Positions 9,475 to 18,811 of a stretch of 64,000 nucleotides of DNA are shown piece by piece. Below the pieces are notes generated by a model. The model worked only from the letters and a program-made list of their open reading frames with translations, did not search any database and was not told the DNA's origin. Source of the DNA: Deltaproteobacteria bacterium (GTDB lineage: Bacteria; Lernaellota; Lernaellaia; JACKCT01); assembly GCA_020845895.1 (NCBI GenBank), contig JADLEX010000094.1, positions 15,897-79,896 of the forward strand, written 5' to 3'. Every line of letters begins with the position of its first letter. Position 1 is the first letter of the stretch. The position numbers were made by a program, and so were the translations under genes.

Positions 9475-10653
9475 ATGCTGGTCGTTCGCGATTGGTTTCC
9501 GGAAGAAAACTGGCTCAAGACCATGGAAAAACACTGGAAATCCCAGCCGGTGATCGTGGCCGTGGACGACGTGGTCGAGGACCTGTGGGCGCTGGACGCC
9601 CTGCTTGAAAACGACGGTTACAACGATGTGAGCCTCGTCGACGACTACACCCGCGCCATGGACCGCATCCGGTCGCAGAATCCCGACCTGCTGATGGTGT
9701 CCCTGTCGGCGTTCTGCGGGCGGGGGATCGAACTGATCGACCAGATCGCCCGTGACCCCTACCTCAAGGGCATCCCCCTCGTCGCGCTGTCGTCGTCCTC
9801 GGACAACGGCCTGCGCGCCAAAGCCTCGGCCCTGGGAGTGCTCGAGATCCTGCCCAAGCCCTACGACGCGGTGGAAACCTCCCTTCGGCTGCGCAACGTG
9901 CTGCGCGTCAAGGCGTTTCAGGACTTCCTGCAGGACGAAAACCGCATCGTCGAGGACCTCGTCCAAAACCGCACAAAGCTGCTTGTCCGCACCCGACTCG
10001 AGGTCATCCAGCGCCTCGCCAAGGCGGCGGAGTTCCGCGACAACGAAACCGGTCGCCACGTCATCCGCGTGGGGCTGTATTCGGCGCTCATGGGGCGCGG
10101 GCTCGGGCTGCCGCAGGACCAGGTGGACATGCTCGCCCACACGGCCCCCATGCACGACCTCGGCAAGATCGGCATCCGCGACGGCATCCTGCTCAAGGCC
10201 GGCAAGCTCACCGCCGAGGAATGGGACACCATGAAGACGCACACCCTCATCGGCTACGAGATGCTGATGGAACGCACGGCCACGCCCGCCGACGTCCGCT
10301 CCGTGCTCGGTGCGAAGTCCGAACACCTCGACGACAACCACTTGATTCGCACCTCGGCGATGATCGCGCTGACGCACCACGAGCATCTCGACGGCACCGG
10401 CTACCCCTTCGGACTTCGCGCCTACGAAATCCCGCTCGAAGGCCGTATCGTCGCGATTGCCGACGTCTATGACGCGCTCCAGTCCGAGCGCCCCTACAAG
10501 CGCGCGTTCCCCATGGAGAAGTGCCTCCAGATCCTGCGCGAATCCTCGGGCACGCACGTCGATCCGATGATCCTCGAGGTCTTCATGGAACATCTCGACG
10601 ACGTTCGCCGCATACAGGACGAGTACGCCGAACCGCTCGGTGAGGCCGTCTGA
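9475..10653 (+). CDS. Receiver-like domain plus HD-GYP c-di-GMP phosphodiesterase
   Basis: PMHDLGKIG, HHEHLDGTGYP, IADVYDAL.SERPYK; N-terminal REC fold (VAVDD...KPY); RBS GGGGAG before 9475. Confidence 0.9.
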   Translation: MLVVRDWFPEENWLKTMEKHWKSQPVIVAVDDVVEDLWALDALLENDGYNDVSLVDDYTRAMDRIRSQNPDLLMVSLSAFCGRGIELIDQIARDPYLKGIPLVALSSSSDNGLRAKASALGVLEILPKPYDAVETSLRLRNVLRVKAFQDFLQDENRIVEDLVQNRTKLLVRTRLEVIQRLAKAAEFRDNETGRHVIRVGLYSALMGRGLGLPQDQVDMLAHTAPMHDLGKIGIRDGILLKAGKLTAEEWDTMKTHTLIGYEMLMERTATPADVRSVLGAKSEHLDDNHLIRTSAMIALTHHEHLDGTGYPFGLRAYEIPLEGRIVAIADVYDALQSERPYKRAFPMEKCLQILRESSGTHVDPMILEVFMEHLDDVRRIQDEYAEPLGEAV

Positions 10654-10741
10654 GCGCGGTTTCCGCTCCCCATTGATCCCGGCCATATCGTCGCGAACAT
10701 TCCTGCGCCAAAATGTCACATTTCCCGGATTGGGGGGCGGC

Positions 10742-11311
10742 ATGACGGCGTGGATCGAATTCCAGGAAGGCGGACACGGCGGACCGGAGACGGAGCGTGC
10801 GCTGGACAACGTCCGACTGCGTCGCGGCAAGGTCGCGAACGTGTTTCGCGCGCAGGGTCTTCTGCCGCACACCATCGCCCCGCATCTCGATCTCTACACC
10901 GCGTTGATGTTCGGCCCGGGCCCGCTTTCGCGGGAGGATCGGGAACTCGTCGCCGTCGTCGTGTCGAGTTTCAACGACTGCGAGTACTGCGTGGCGCATC
11001 ATTCGGAGGCGCTGCGCGGTTCGTGGCGCAACGACGAGCGCGTTCGCACGGCGGCGCGCGACTTCCGCCGTCTGCCTCTGCCGCGCAAGACGCAGCTTCT
11101 GCTCGAATACGCCGAGCAGCTCACGCACAAGCCGTTTTCGATGGATGTCTCGCTGATCGACGAACTGCGCGAGGCCGGGGCGGGCGACGACGAGATCCTT
11201 CAGGTCAATCTGATCACCGCGTATTTCAACTTCGTCAATCGCGTGGCACTCGGTCTCGGCGTGACGCACACCGACGAAGAGGTGTCGGGGTATCTCGACG
11301 AAGAGCGGTAA
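10742..11311 (+). CDS. AhpD/CMD-family peroxidase-related protein
   Basis: RELVAVVVSSFNDCEYCVAHH (CxYC..HH), AYFNFVNRVA. Confidence 0.88.
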   Translation: MTAWIEFQEGGHGGPETERALDNVRLRRGKVANVFRAQGLLPHTIAPHLDLYTALMFGPGPLSREDRELVAVVVSSFNDCEYCVAHHSEALRGSWRNDERVRTAARDFRRLPLPRKTQLLLEYAEQLTHKPFSMDVSLIDELREAGAGDDEILQVNLITAYFNFVNRVALGLGVTHTDEEVSGYLDEER

Positions 11312-11344
11312 CGCCCGCCGCACTTGGCCCCGCCCCGGTCTTCG

Positions 11345-11373
11345 TTGACGCTGCGCGGGATTTCCCCTAGGTT
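11345..11373 (+). promoter_or_regulatory. Sigma-70-type promoter for the TlpA/beta-barrel operon
   Basis: TTGACG-N17-TAGGTT. Confidence 0.5.
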
Positions 11374-11418
11374 TTTCGCACTCCATCTCCACCCGCGCGG
11401 GGCGGTTCGGGGGCTCGG

Positions 11419-11928
11419 ATGCGATCGTTTTCTTTGCGGATTTTCATCGGCCTGTTCGGGATTTTCGTGCTGGTTTCGGTCGCGGCCGCGGCCGGAGGAA
11501 AAGCCCCCGCGTTTTCGCTCAAGGACGCGTCGGGCAAGAGCTACGCCCTGGCCGATTACGCCGACAAAAAGGCCGTGCTCATGACGTTTTGGGCGAGCTG
11601 GTGCAAGCCGTGTTTGCTCGAAATGCCCATGATGGAAAAGATCTACCAGCAATACAAAGACCAGGGCTTCGAGATCCTGTCCATCAACACCGACACGGCG
11701 TCGGGCGTGCCCAAGGCCAAGCAGATCGTGGAGCGCAAGGCCGTCACCTATCCCGTTCTCTACGACACCGACTCCAACGTGACGGGAATCTACAACCAAC
11801 AGGGCGCGTTCCCGTACACCGTGCTCATCAACGCGGCGGGCGAGATCGTGTACACGCACAAGGGATTCACGCCGGGCGACGAAAAGGAACTCGACGAGAA
11901 GATCCGCGCGGCGATCGGCGCGAAGTGA
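11419..11928 (+). CDS. TlpA/ResA-family exported thioredoxin-like disulfide reductase
   Basis: Signal peptide, APAFSLKD, FWASWCKPC, cis-Pro region AFPYTVLI. Confidence 0.9.
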   Translation: MRSFSLRIFIGLFGIFVLVSVAAAAGGKAPAFSLKDASGKSYALADYADKKAVLMTFWASWCKPCLLEMPMMEKIYQQYKDQGFEILSINTDTASGVPKAKQIVERKAVTYPVLYDTDSNVTGIYNQQGAFPYTVLINAAGEIVYTHKGFTPGDEKELDEKIRAAIGAK

Positions 11929-11929
11929 C

Positions 11930-13519
11930 ATGCGTGGCCGTACCGTCATCGTCCTCGTGGCGTGCATCGCCCTATCGGTCGGCGCCGCCGATGCGTTCGA
12001 GTGGCAAACCCCTGTCACCGACTCGTTCAACATCCTGAACAGCGCGAAATTTCTCTACGACCAGACCGCCGTGGACGAGGACGAGCGCTTCGGCGCGTGG
12101 ATCAACCGCCTGAACCTCACGGCGATCAAGGGTCCGTTCACGGCCGGGGTGCGTTACGACACCGAGTTCTATTTCGAGAAGGAACAATACGCACTCAAGT
12201 ACCTGCTCGAAAAGGCGTACGTGCAGTACCAGGACGGCATGTGGTTCGCGCGGGCGGGCGACTTCTACAACCGCATGGGCAGCGGCCTCGTTTTGTCGCT
12301 CACCAAGCGCGACGAATTCGGCCAGGACAACACGGTGCGCGGCGGCGTCGGCCAGTGGAGCGCCCGGGACGGTTACGTGGAGCTGCGCGCGCTGGGCGGC
12401 TTCGTCAACGAGGGCGACGACCTGTATTTCGAGCCCGCCCGAACGCGCGAAGAAGAGCCGGGCTTCGACGAGGAAGACACGGTGTACGGCGGGCAGATGG
12501 TCGCCGGCGTGCCGCGGTGGGGATTCGTTTCGGCCCGTTACGCCGGAGGAACACTTCGCTACGACGAGTCGCTGGGCGCGACGGCGCAGGAAGAGGACGA
12601 CCCCTACCACGTGTTCGGCGTCGGCGCCGAGTGGCTGCAATTCGGCGGGCACGGTTCGTTCGCGGGCGAATATGCGTGGTATGAGTTGACCGACCAGAAG
12701 AAGGCCGTCGAGGACGTGGAGACCGAAGGCCGCGCGGCCTACGCGAGCCTGAACCTCAACTTCGGCCCGGTCACCTTCATCGGCGAGGGGCAGGACTATT
12801 TTCGATTCGCGTATCCGCACTGCGAGCCGCCGATTCTGGAGTTCGAAAAGCAGACCTTCGGGCACCTGCCCGATCGCACCGACATTCTCGGCGCTCGCGG
12901 GTTTCTCGAGGTCGAGGTTCCGGTGATCGACGTTTCGGTGTTCGGCAACTACTACCGCGCCGACCGGCACAATGCCGCGCCGGGCGATCTCGCCGCGCAC
13001 TACGAGGCCGAGGACCTGGAGCAGTGGGTCGAGCACTCGTACGGCGGCGTTGAAAAGCAGTTCGCGAACGGCGCGTACGTGATGGGCAGCGGCGGTTACC
13101 GCGAGGAGCCCGAGGGCCGATGGCTGCACGGCGAGTTCGACGCGGGCGCGCCCGTGGCCGCCGAACACGAACTCACCATCGAGTCGCGCTGGAAGGACTT
13201 TTCCGGCATGGCGATTTATATGGGCACCGAGTACGGTTCTTACTCGGTCGCGCCGACATGGAACTGGGCGTCGCGACTGTCGGTGACGGGCCGGTACGAG
13301 CACTCGGACGAGCCGCTGTCGTCCGGGTCCGGACTCTCGCGCGAGACCAAGGACGATCCCGAGTTCTGGTCGGGCGAGGCGACGATCACGGCGGGCACGC
13401 ACGTCGATGTCACGCTGTTCTATGGGCGCATCAAGGGCGGGCTCGTCTGTTCGGGCGGCGTATGCCGCGAGGTCCCGCCCTTCGACGGCGCGCGGGCCGA
13501 TCTGACACTGAAATTCTAG
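11930..13519 (+). CDS. Probable outer-membrane beta-barrel protein (DUF6029-like)
   Basis: Signal peptide, alternating aromatic strands, terminal Phe, C-terminal GGLVCSGGVCREVPPFDG; family name from memory. Confidence 0.65.
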   Translation: MRGRTVIVLVACIALSVGAADAFEWQTPVTDSFNILNSAKFLYDQTAVDEDERFGAWINRLNLTAIKGPFTAGVRYDTEFYFEKEQYALKYLLEKAYVQYQDGMWFARAGDFYNRMGSGLVLSLTKRDEFGQDNTVRGGVGQWSARDGYVELRALGGFVNEGDDLYFEPARTREEEPGFDEEDTVYGGQMVAGVPRWGFVSARYAGGTLRYDESLGATAQEEDDPYHVFGVGAEWLQFGGHGSFAGEYAWYELTDQKKAVEDVETEGRAAYASLNLNFGPVTFIGEGQDYFRFAYPHCEPPILEFEKQTFGHLPDRTDILGARGFLEVEVPVIDVSVFGNYYRADRHNAAPGDLAAHYEAEDLEQWVEHSYGGVEKQFANGAYVMGSGGYREEPEGRWLHGEFDAGAPVAAEHELTIESRWKDFSGMAIYMGTEYGSYSVAPTWNWASRLSVTGRYEHSDEPLSSGSGLSRETKDDPEFWSGEATITAGTHVDVTLFYGRIKGGLVCSGGVCREVPPFDGARADLTLKF

Positions 13520-13544
13520 GCCGAGAACTTATTTGGAGTGAATC

Positions 13545-14297
13545 ATGACCATGCGTTTTGCGAACAAGGTCGTGGTGGTGACGGGCGCGAGCCGGGGCAT
13601 CGGGCGCGAGGTGGCGCTGCGTTTCGCCGCCGAGGGCGCGAAGGTCGTGTTGGTCAGCCGCAAGCTCGACGCGCTCGAGACCGTCGCGGGCGAGATCCGC
13701 GCGGCGGGCGGCGAGGCGGCGGCCGTCGCTTGCCACGTCGGCGAGGTCGCGAAGATCCCCGAGGCGGTCGCGGCGATCAAAGCCGCGTATGGGCGCATCG
13801 ACGTGCTCGTGAACAACGCGGCGACCAACCCCATCTTCGGGCCGTCGCTCTTCGCCGAGGAATCGGCCTTCGACAAGATCTTCGCCGTCAACGTGAAAGG
13901 TCCGTTCTTTTTGTGCAAGGAAACTTTGCCGACGTTTCAGGAGCAGGGCGGCGGCGTGATCGTCAACATCGCGTCCACGGCGGGGCTTGTTCCCATGCCG
14001 GGGCTCGGCGTGTACTCGGTCAGCAAGTCGGCGCTCATCGGCCTCGGCAAAATGCTTGCGTCCGAGTGGGCGCCGTTTCACGTGCGCGTCAACACGGTCT
14101 GCCCGGGCCTCATCAAGACGAAGTTCTCGCAGGCGCTGTGGGGCACCGACGAGATCCTGAGTCAGGTGATTGCCATGCAAAAGGTCCAGCGCCTCGGCCG
14201 GCCCGAGGACGTGGCCGGGGCGGTGCTCTTTCTCGCCTCCGACGACTCGGCGTTCATGACCGGACAGACCATGGTCGTCGACGGCGGCGTGCTGTAG
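13545..14297 (+). CDS. Short-chain dehydrogenase/reductase
   Basis: TGASRGIG, NNAA, YSVSK, RVNTVCPG, GQTMVVDGG. Confidence 0.93.
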   Translation: MTMRFANKVVVVTGASRGIGREVALRFAAEGAKVVLVSRKLDALETVAGEIRAAGGEAAAVACHVGEVAKIPEAVAAIKAAYGRIDVLVNNAATNPIFGPSLFAEESAFDKIFAVNVKGPFFLCKETLPTFQEQGGGVIVNIASTAGLVPMPGLGVYSVSKSALIGLGKMLASEWAPFHVRVNTVCPGLIKTKFSQALWGTDEILSQVIAMQKVQRLGRPEDVAGAVLFLASDDSAFMTGQTMVVDGGVL

Positions 14298-14311
14298 GGC
14301 CGCGCGGCGCG

Positions 14312-15823
14312 ATGCACCGACACGAAACCGACATCGACCGAATCCGCCGGGAATGCCGCGACTTCCTGCGGCAGCACTCCCTGCTCACGTGGTATCACCG
14401 CACGCAGGGCTCGACGAAAGACACCACCGGCGTGTACGCCGAGCACGAGCACCTCTTCACCTCCGAGACATTGGCGGTCGTCGTCGCGGCGATGAACGCT
14501 TCGAGCGAGGGCCCGGAGCGCCGGGCGCTCGAGTACCTGCACGCGTACCTGATGCAGGAAACGATCTACGCCGAGACGCCGGAGCTCGACGACGCGATCG
14601 GGAATTTTCTCGGCAACGCCGTCTTCCTCATCGACGGGCAGGAGTACGACTTTCAGGAGCTTTCCTCGCTGCTCGGCCGCGAACCCGACCCCGCGCGTCG
14701 CGCCGATCTCTCGCACGCCGCCACGCCGATTCTGCGCGACCTGCAGCCGCGAATGATCGAGAAGATCCGACGGCACGAAGAGCTGGCGCGCTCCTTCGGA
14801 CTTCCGGGATATATCGAATTGTCGGAGCGATTGCGCGCGACGTCGTTCGCAACGCTCGCGGAACAGGCCCGCGCGTTTCTCGACGACACGCACGCCGCGA
14901 TGCACCGCCTGCTCGAGTGGGCCGTGCCGCGCCGACTGGGGATTGCCGTGACCGGGCTGCGCCGTCCGGATTTGCCCGCGCTGCTTCGCCATCCCCGCGC
15001 CGATGCGTTCTTTCCTCGCGAGGGCATCGTCGCGGTGATGGACCGGTTCCTCGACCAGCTCGGCATCGACCCGGGCGTGGTCATCATCGACGATGAGGAC
15101 CGACCGAAAAAGAACCCGCGCGCGGCATGTTTTCCCATCGACGTGCCCGGTGACGTGCGCATCTCGATCAAGCCGGGCGGCGGGCTCGAAGACTACACGA
15201 CCTGGTTTCACGAAATGGGCCACGCGATGCACTTCGCGCACACGGCGACACCCGTCTTCGAGTTTCAACAGCTCGGGCCGAGCGCCGTCAGCGAGGCGTT
15301 CGCGTTCCTGTTCGAATCGGTGTTCGAATCGCGATATTTTCTGCGCGAGGAGATGGGGCTCTCGGTCGAAGCCGTCGAGGAGACCGCGCGCCACGGCGCG
15401 TTCGTCAAGCTCTACATGGTCCGCCGACATTGCGCGAAGCTGCTCTACGAACTCGACCTGTTCGGCGGGGTCATGGACCCGCGCGACTCGTACCGCCGCC
15501 ATCTGTCGCGCGCCTACGGTATCGACCTGACCGCCGAGGACGCCGAGCGATTCCTGCTCGACATGGACGATTTTTTCTACTGCGCCGACTACCTGCGGGC
15601 ATGGTTTCTCGAATCGCAACTCGAACGCGCGCTCACCTCGCGATTTGGCGAGCGTTGGTATCGAACCGTCGAGGCCGGGACGTTTCTGAAGGATCTGTGG
15701 AGCCGCGGTTCACGCGAAACGGCGGAGGAGATCGCGGCGAGCATCGGCGACCACGGCGTCACGCCGCACGCGCTGGTGGCACGGTTGACGTCGGCCGCGG
15801 CCGAGGGTGGGATCGGCGAATGA
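14312..15823 (+). CDS. M3-like zinc oligopeptidase
   Basis: FHEMGHAMH (HExxH), downstream SEAFAF third ligand, KNPRAACF; ATG at 14312. Confidence 0.75.
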   Translation: MHRHETDIDRIRRECRDFLRQHSLLTWYHRTQGSTKDTTGVYAEHEHLFTSETLAVVVAAMNASSEGPERRALEYLHAYLMQETIYAETPELDDAIGNFLGNAVFLIDGQEYDFQELSSLLGREPDPARRADLSHAATPILRDLQPRMIEKIRRHEELARSFGLPGYIELSERLRATSFATLAEQARAFLDDTHAAMHRLLEWAVPRRLGIAVTGLRRPDLPALLRHPRADAFFPREGIVAVMDRFLDQLGIDPGVVIIDDEDRPKKNPRAACFPIDVPGDVRISIKPGGGLEDYTTWFHEMGHAMHFAHTATPVFEFQQLGPSAVSEAFAFLFESVFESRYFLREEMGLSVEAVEETARHGAFVKLYMVRRHCAKLLYELDLFGGVMDPRDSYRRHLSRAYGIDLTAEDAERFLLDMDDFFYCADYLRAWFLESQLERALTSRFGERWYRTVEAGTFLKDLWSRGSRETAEEIAASIGDHGVTPHALVARLTSAAAEGGIGE

Positions 15824-16242
15824 GCCCCGTGAAACTCCCTCCGCCGTGCATGGAATTCCTCAACTCGGAACTGATCGAGGCCGGCGAGGGGCGGGCGCGA
15901 ATCCGCTTCGTTCCGGACGAACGCATGGAAAATCCGTACGGCGTTATCCAGGGCGGTATCCTCGCGGCGATGCTCGACAACACCATCGGCCCGGCGGTCG
16001 CGTTCACGCACCCCGACCGCGCGTCGTCAACGATCCATCTCGCCGTGAACTTCCTTCGGTCCGTGCGCGCGGGTGAGGTCATCGTCGGTACCGCCGAGGT
16101 CGTGAAGAGCGGCCGCCGCCAGGTGTACGTCGAAGCGCAGCTCGAACGTGAGAGCGACGGCGCGCTGCTCGTGCGTGCGTCGGCGACCAACGTTTTCATG
16201 GACCTGCCGGACGGCGGCGGGAAGCCGCCCGCGAATATGTGA
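15820..16242 (+). CDS. PaaI-family hotdog thioesterase
   Basis: NPYGVIQGGILAAMLD, TIHLAVNFLR; ATGA overlap. Confidence 0.85.
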   Translation: MSPVKLPPPCMEFLNSELIEAGEGRARIRFVPDERMENPYGVIQGGILAAMLDNTIGPAVAFTHPDRASSTIHLAVNFLRSVRAGEVIVGTAEVVKSGRRQVYVEAQLERESDGALLVRASATNVFMDLPDGGGKPPANM

Positions 16243-16275
16243 AGAAACCCGCACGAATCGGCTATCGCGCGCGCA

Positions 16276-16291
16276 ATTGATGCGCGTCAAT
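16276..16291. promoter_or_regulatory. FNR/DNR/HcpR-type operator
   Basis: ATTGA-TGCGCG-TCAAT, i.e. TTGAT-N4-GTCAA (one mismatch to TTGAT-N4-ATCAA), about 80 nt upstream of the DUF438 gene. Confidence 0.65.
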
Positions 16292-16371
16292 GCGACAATT
16301 CCCATTCGCGCGAAAATGCCCACGTCAACCTCGAAGCCCGAGACGGGCGGAATTCAAACAGCGGAGAAGCC

Positions 16372-17631
16372 ATGAGCGAACTCATCAACAACCGCGAACA
16401 CCGCATCGAAACGATGAAGACCGTCATCCGCCACCTGCACGCGGGAAAGCCCGCCGATGAAGTGCGCGGCATGCTGCGCGACCTGGTGCGCGAGACCGAC
16501 GCGACCGAGATCGCCGCGATGGAGCAATCGCTGATCGGCGACGGCATGCAGATCGAGGAAGTGAAGTCGATGTGCGACCTGCACTCCGCCGTGCTGCGCG
16601 AGGTGATGGTCGAGCGTCAGGAGGCCGTGCTCGTCCCCGGCCACCCGGTGCACACGTTCAGGGCGGAAAACGACGCCTTGCGCGGCGTGATCGGGCGGAT
16701 GCGCGAGATTCAGCAGCGCATCGTGGACAGCCCCGACGACGCCCCCGTGGATGCTCAACTCATCGCGTCGTGGCGTGGCGCGGCGAACGAACTGGCTGAC
16801 GTCGAGAAGCATTACGCACGCAAGGAAAACCTGCTGTTTTCGTTCCTCGAGGGCCACGGCATCACCGGTCCCTCGAAGGTGATGTGGGCGAAAGACGACG
16901 ATGTGCGCGCGCTGGTGAAGAACCTCCACGAAGCCCTGCGTGCGGGCGAAGCCACCCTCGCCGAATGGAAGCTCGTCGTCTGGGGCGTCGCCGAACCGAC
17001 GCTCGCGGCGATGGAGGAGATGTTCTTCAAGGAAGAGAACATCCTGTTCCCGCTCTCGATGTCCACGCTGACCGACGACGAGTGGGGGCAGGTGTACGCG
17101 CAGTCGCCGGAATACGGCTGGTGCCTCGTCGCACCCGAAAGCGGATACACGCCGCCCGAACCGAAGCACCCCGATCAGGTGCATCAGGTGCCCGCGGGCA
17201 AGTCGATCACGTTCCCCTCGGGGCATCTCACGTTCGAGCAGTTGCTCGGCCTCTTCATTGCGCTGCCCGTCGATCTGACCTTCGTCGATGCCGACGACCG
17301 TGTGCGTTTCTTCTCGGAAGGACCCGACCGCGTCTTCGCGCGCAGCCGTGCGATCATCGGGCGGCTCGTGCAGCACTGCCATCCGCCCAAGAGCGTCGAC
17401 ATGGTCGAGCGCATCCTGCACGACTTCAAATCCGGGACGCAGAGCGTTGCCGAGTTTTGGATCGAAATGCACGGGAAATTCGTCCACATTCGCTATTTCG
17501 CGGTGCGCGACGAGAAGGGGGCCTATCAGGGCACGCTCGAAGTCACGCAGGACCTCACGCGGCTTCGCGCTCTGACGGGAGAGCGCCGGCTGCTGCAATA
17601 CGACAGCGCTCCCGCCGGGAGTCCGTCATGA
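16372..17631 (+). CDS. DUF438 / hemerythrin / PAS-domain protein
   Basis: MCDLHSAV, GHPVHTF.AEN, HYARKENLLF, KEENILFP, C-terminal PAS with RLVQHCHPPKS. Confidence 0.85.
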   Translation: MSELINNREHRIETMKTVIRHLHAGKPADEVRGMLRDLVRETDATEIAAMEQSLIGDGMQIEEVKSMCDLHSAVLREVMVERQEAVLVPGHPVHTFRAENDALRGVIGRMREIQQRIVDSPDDAPVDAQLIASWRGAANELADVEKHYARKENLLFSFLEGHGITGPSKVMWAKDDDVRALVKNLHEALRAGEATLAEWKLVVWGVAEPTLAAMEEMFFKEENILFPLSMSTLTDDEWGQVYAQSPEYGWCLVAPESGYTPPEPKHPDQVHQVPAGKSITFPSGHLTFEQLLGLFIALPVDLTFVDADDRVRFFSEGPDRVFARSRAIIGRLVQHCHPPKSVDMVERILHDFKSGTQSVAEFWIEMHGKFVHIRYFAVRDEKGAYQGTLEVTQDLTRLRALTGERRLLQYDSAPAGSPS

Positions 17632-18164
17632 ACGCGGCGCGCAGTGAAATTCTCGCGACGACCCGAGTGGGCGCGCTGCTCGACGCCTATCCCGAACTCG
17701 AAGCGGAACTGCTCGACATCTCGCCCGCGTTCTCGAAGCTGAAAAACCCCATCCTGCGCAAGACGGTCGCCAAGGTCGCGACGCTGCGCATGGCGGCGGA
17801 GATGGCCGGCGTGCCGGTCGGCGAACTCGTGAACCGGCTGCGTCGCGCGGCCGGGCAGGGCGAGACGACGGTCGAATCGGCCGCGCCCGTGGATGACGAC
17901 GCGACGTGGATCGCCGCCGTGCGCGAGGTGCATCGCTTCGACGCCGAGGAGATGCTGTCGCGCGGCGAGCACCCGCTGGAGCCGGCGATCGACCGTGCTG
18001 CGTCGCTCCAGGCCGGCGAGGCGATCGTCGTCGCAAGCCCGTTCCGCCCCGATCCGCTGATCGACGCCTTCCGCAAGAAGGGCTATCGCGTGGCGTGCCG
18101 TCAGGTCGAAGCGTCGGCTTTTGAGACGTGGATCTCGCCCAAGGGAACGAATGGCGCGGGCTGA
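17628..18164 (+). CDS. DUF1858-domain protein with C-terminal DUF2249-like domain
   Basis: TRVGALLDAYPEL...FSKLKNPILRKTVAKVATL; C-terminal PFRPDPLID; ATGA overlap. Confidence 0.75.
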   Translation: MNAARSEILATTRVGALLDAYPELEAELLDISPAFSKLKNPILRKTVAKVATLRMAAEMAGVPVGELVNRLRRAAGQGETTVESAAPVDDDATWIAAVREVHRFDAEEMLSRGEHPLEPAIDRAASLQAGEAIVVASPFRPDPLIDAFRKKGYRVACRQVEASAFETWISPKGTNGAG

Positions 18165-18186
18165 AACGGAAAGAACAATAAAATGT

Positions 18187-18215
18187 TTGACACGGGGTGA
18201 ATATGGTGAGATATT
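18187..18215 (+). promoter_or_regulatory. Sigma-70 promoter for the subtilase operon
   Basis: TTGACA-N17-GATATT, followed by RBS AAGGAGG before ATG 18236. Confidence 0.65.
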
Positions 18216-18235
18216 GGTGAAAAGGAGGAACGATC

Positions 18236-18811
18236 ATGAAATCAAGGCTGGCGCGACGAGCTAGGGTTCGGTTCATCTGCCTTGTCAGTTTCCTTCTTCT
18301 CAACTCATCTCTCGCGCTGACCCAAGCGCAGGATCAGGCAATTCCCGCCCTGACGCGCGACCCCGAAATTCTGGCGCGTCTCGACGATGCCGCGCCGAAT
18401 GCCCACCACGCCGAGGCGGCCTATTATTCCGAGAAGATTTTCGATGTGAACGGTAATTTTTACCGCGACGACGTGGAAGGCGCACTCTGGGGATCGGACG
18501 AAAGCGGCGAGCCGCAAAGGTTGGATGACGCCCGGACAACGGATGGCGGCTTCGAGTTCATTCACGTTGCGGGGACTGATCCCATTGCCGACGAAAAAGG
18601 GAGAGTACGGATATCGCGCGTTCACGGCGTTGACGCCGGCGGACTCGCAGCGCTGGACCGCAAGGGACTACGAGTCGTTTCTCCGCGAGTCAGGTCTTTC
18701 CGAAGACGAAATCGCGCGACGTGTTCAGAACTTCAACCGCCCGACCCCGAATGGATTCACAGCGGATTCCGACAACTCGCCGTTGATGCCAGAATTCCTG
18801 GCCGAACTTGA
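18236..18811 (+). other. N-terminal (signal peptide and pro-region) part of a frameshifted subtilase gene
   Basis: Strong promoter and RBS, Sec-type signal (MKSRLARR...SLALTQA-QD); protein-like until ...ADEKG near 18600, where plausible coding continues in the next frame. Confidence 0.6.

Noticed and set aside
10711-10723. AAATGT-C-ACATTT palindrome before the AhpD-like gene
   Set aside because: Single short site with no regulator to link it to; chance occurrence cannot be excluded.
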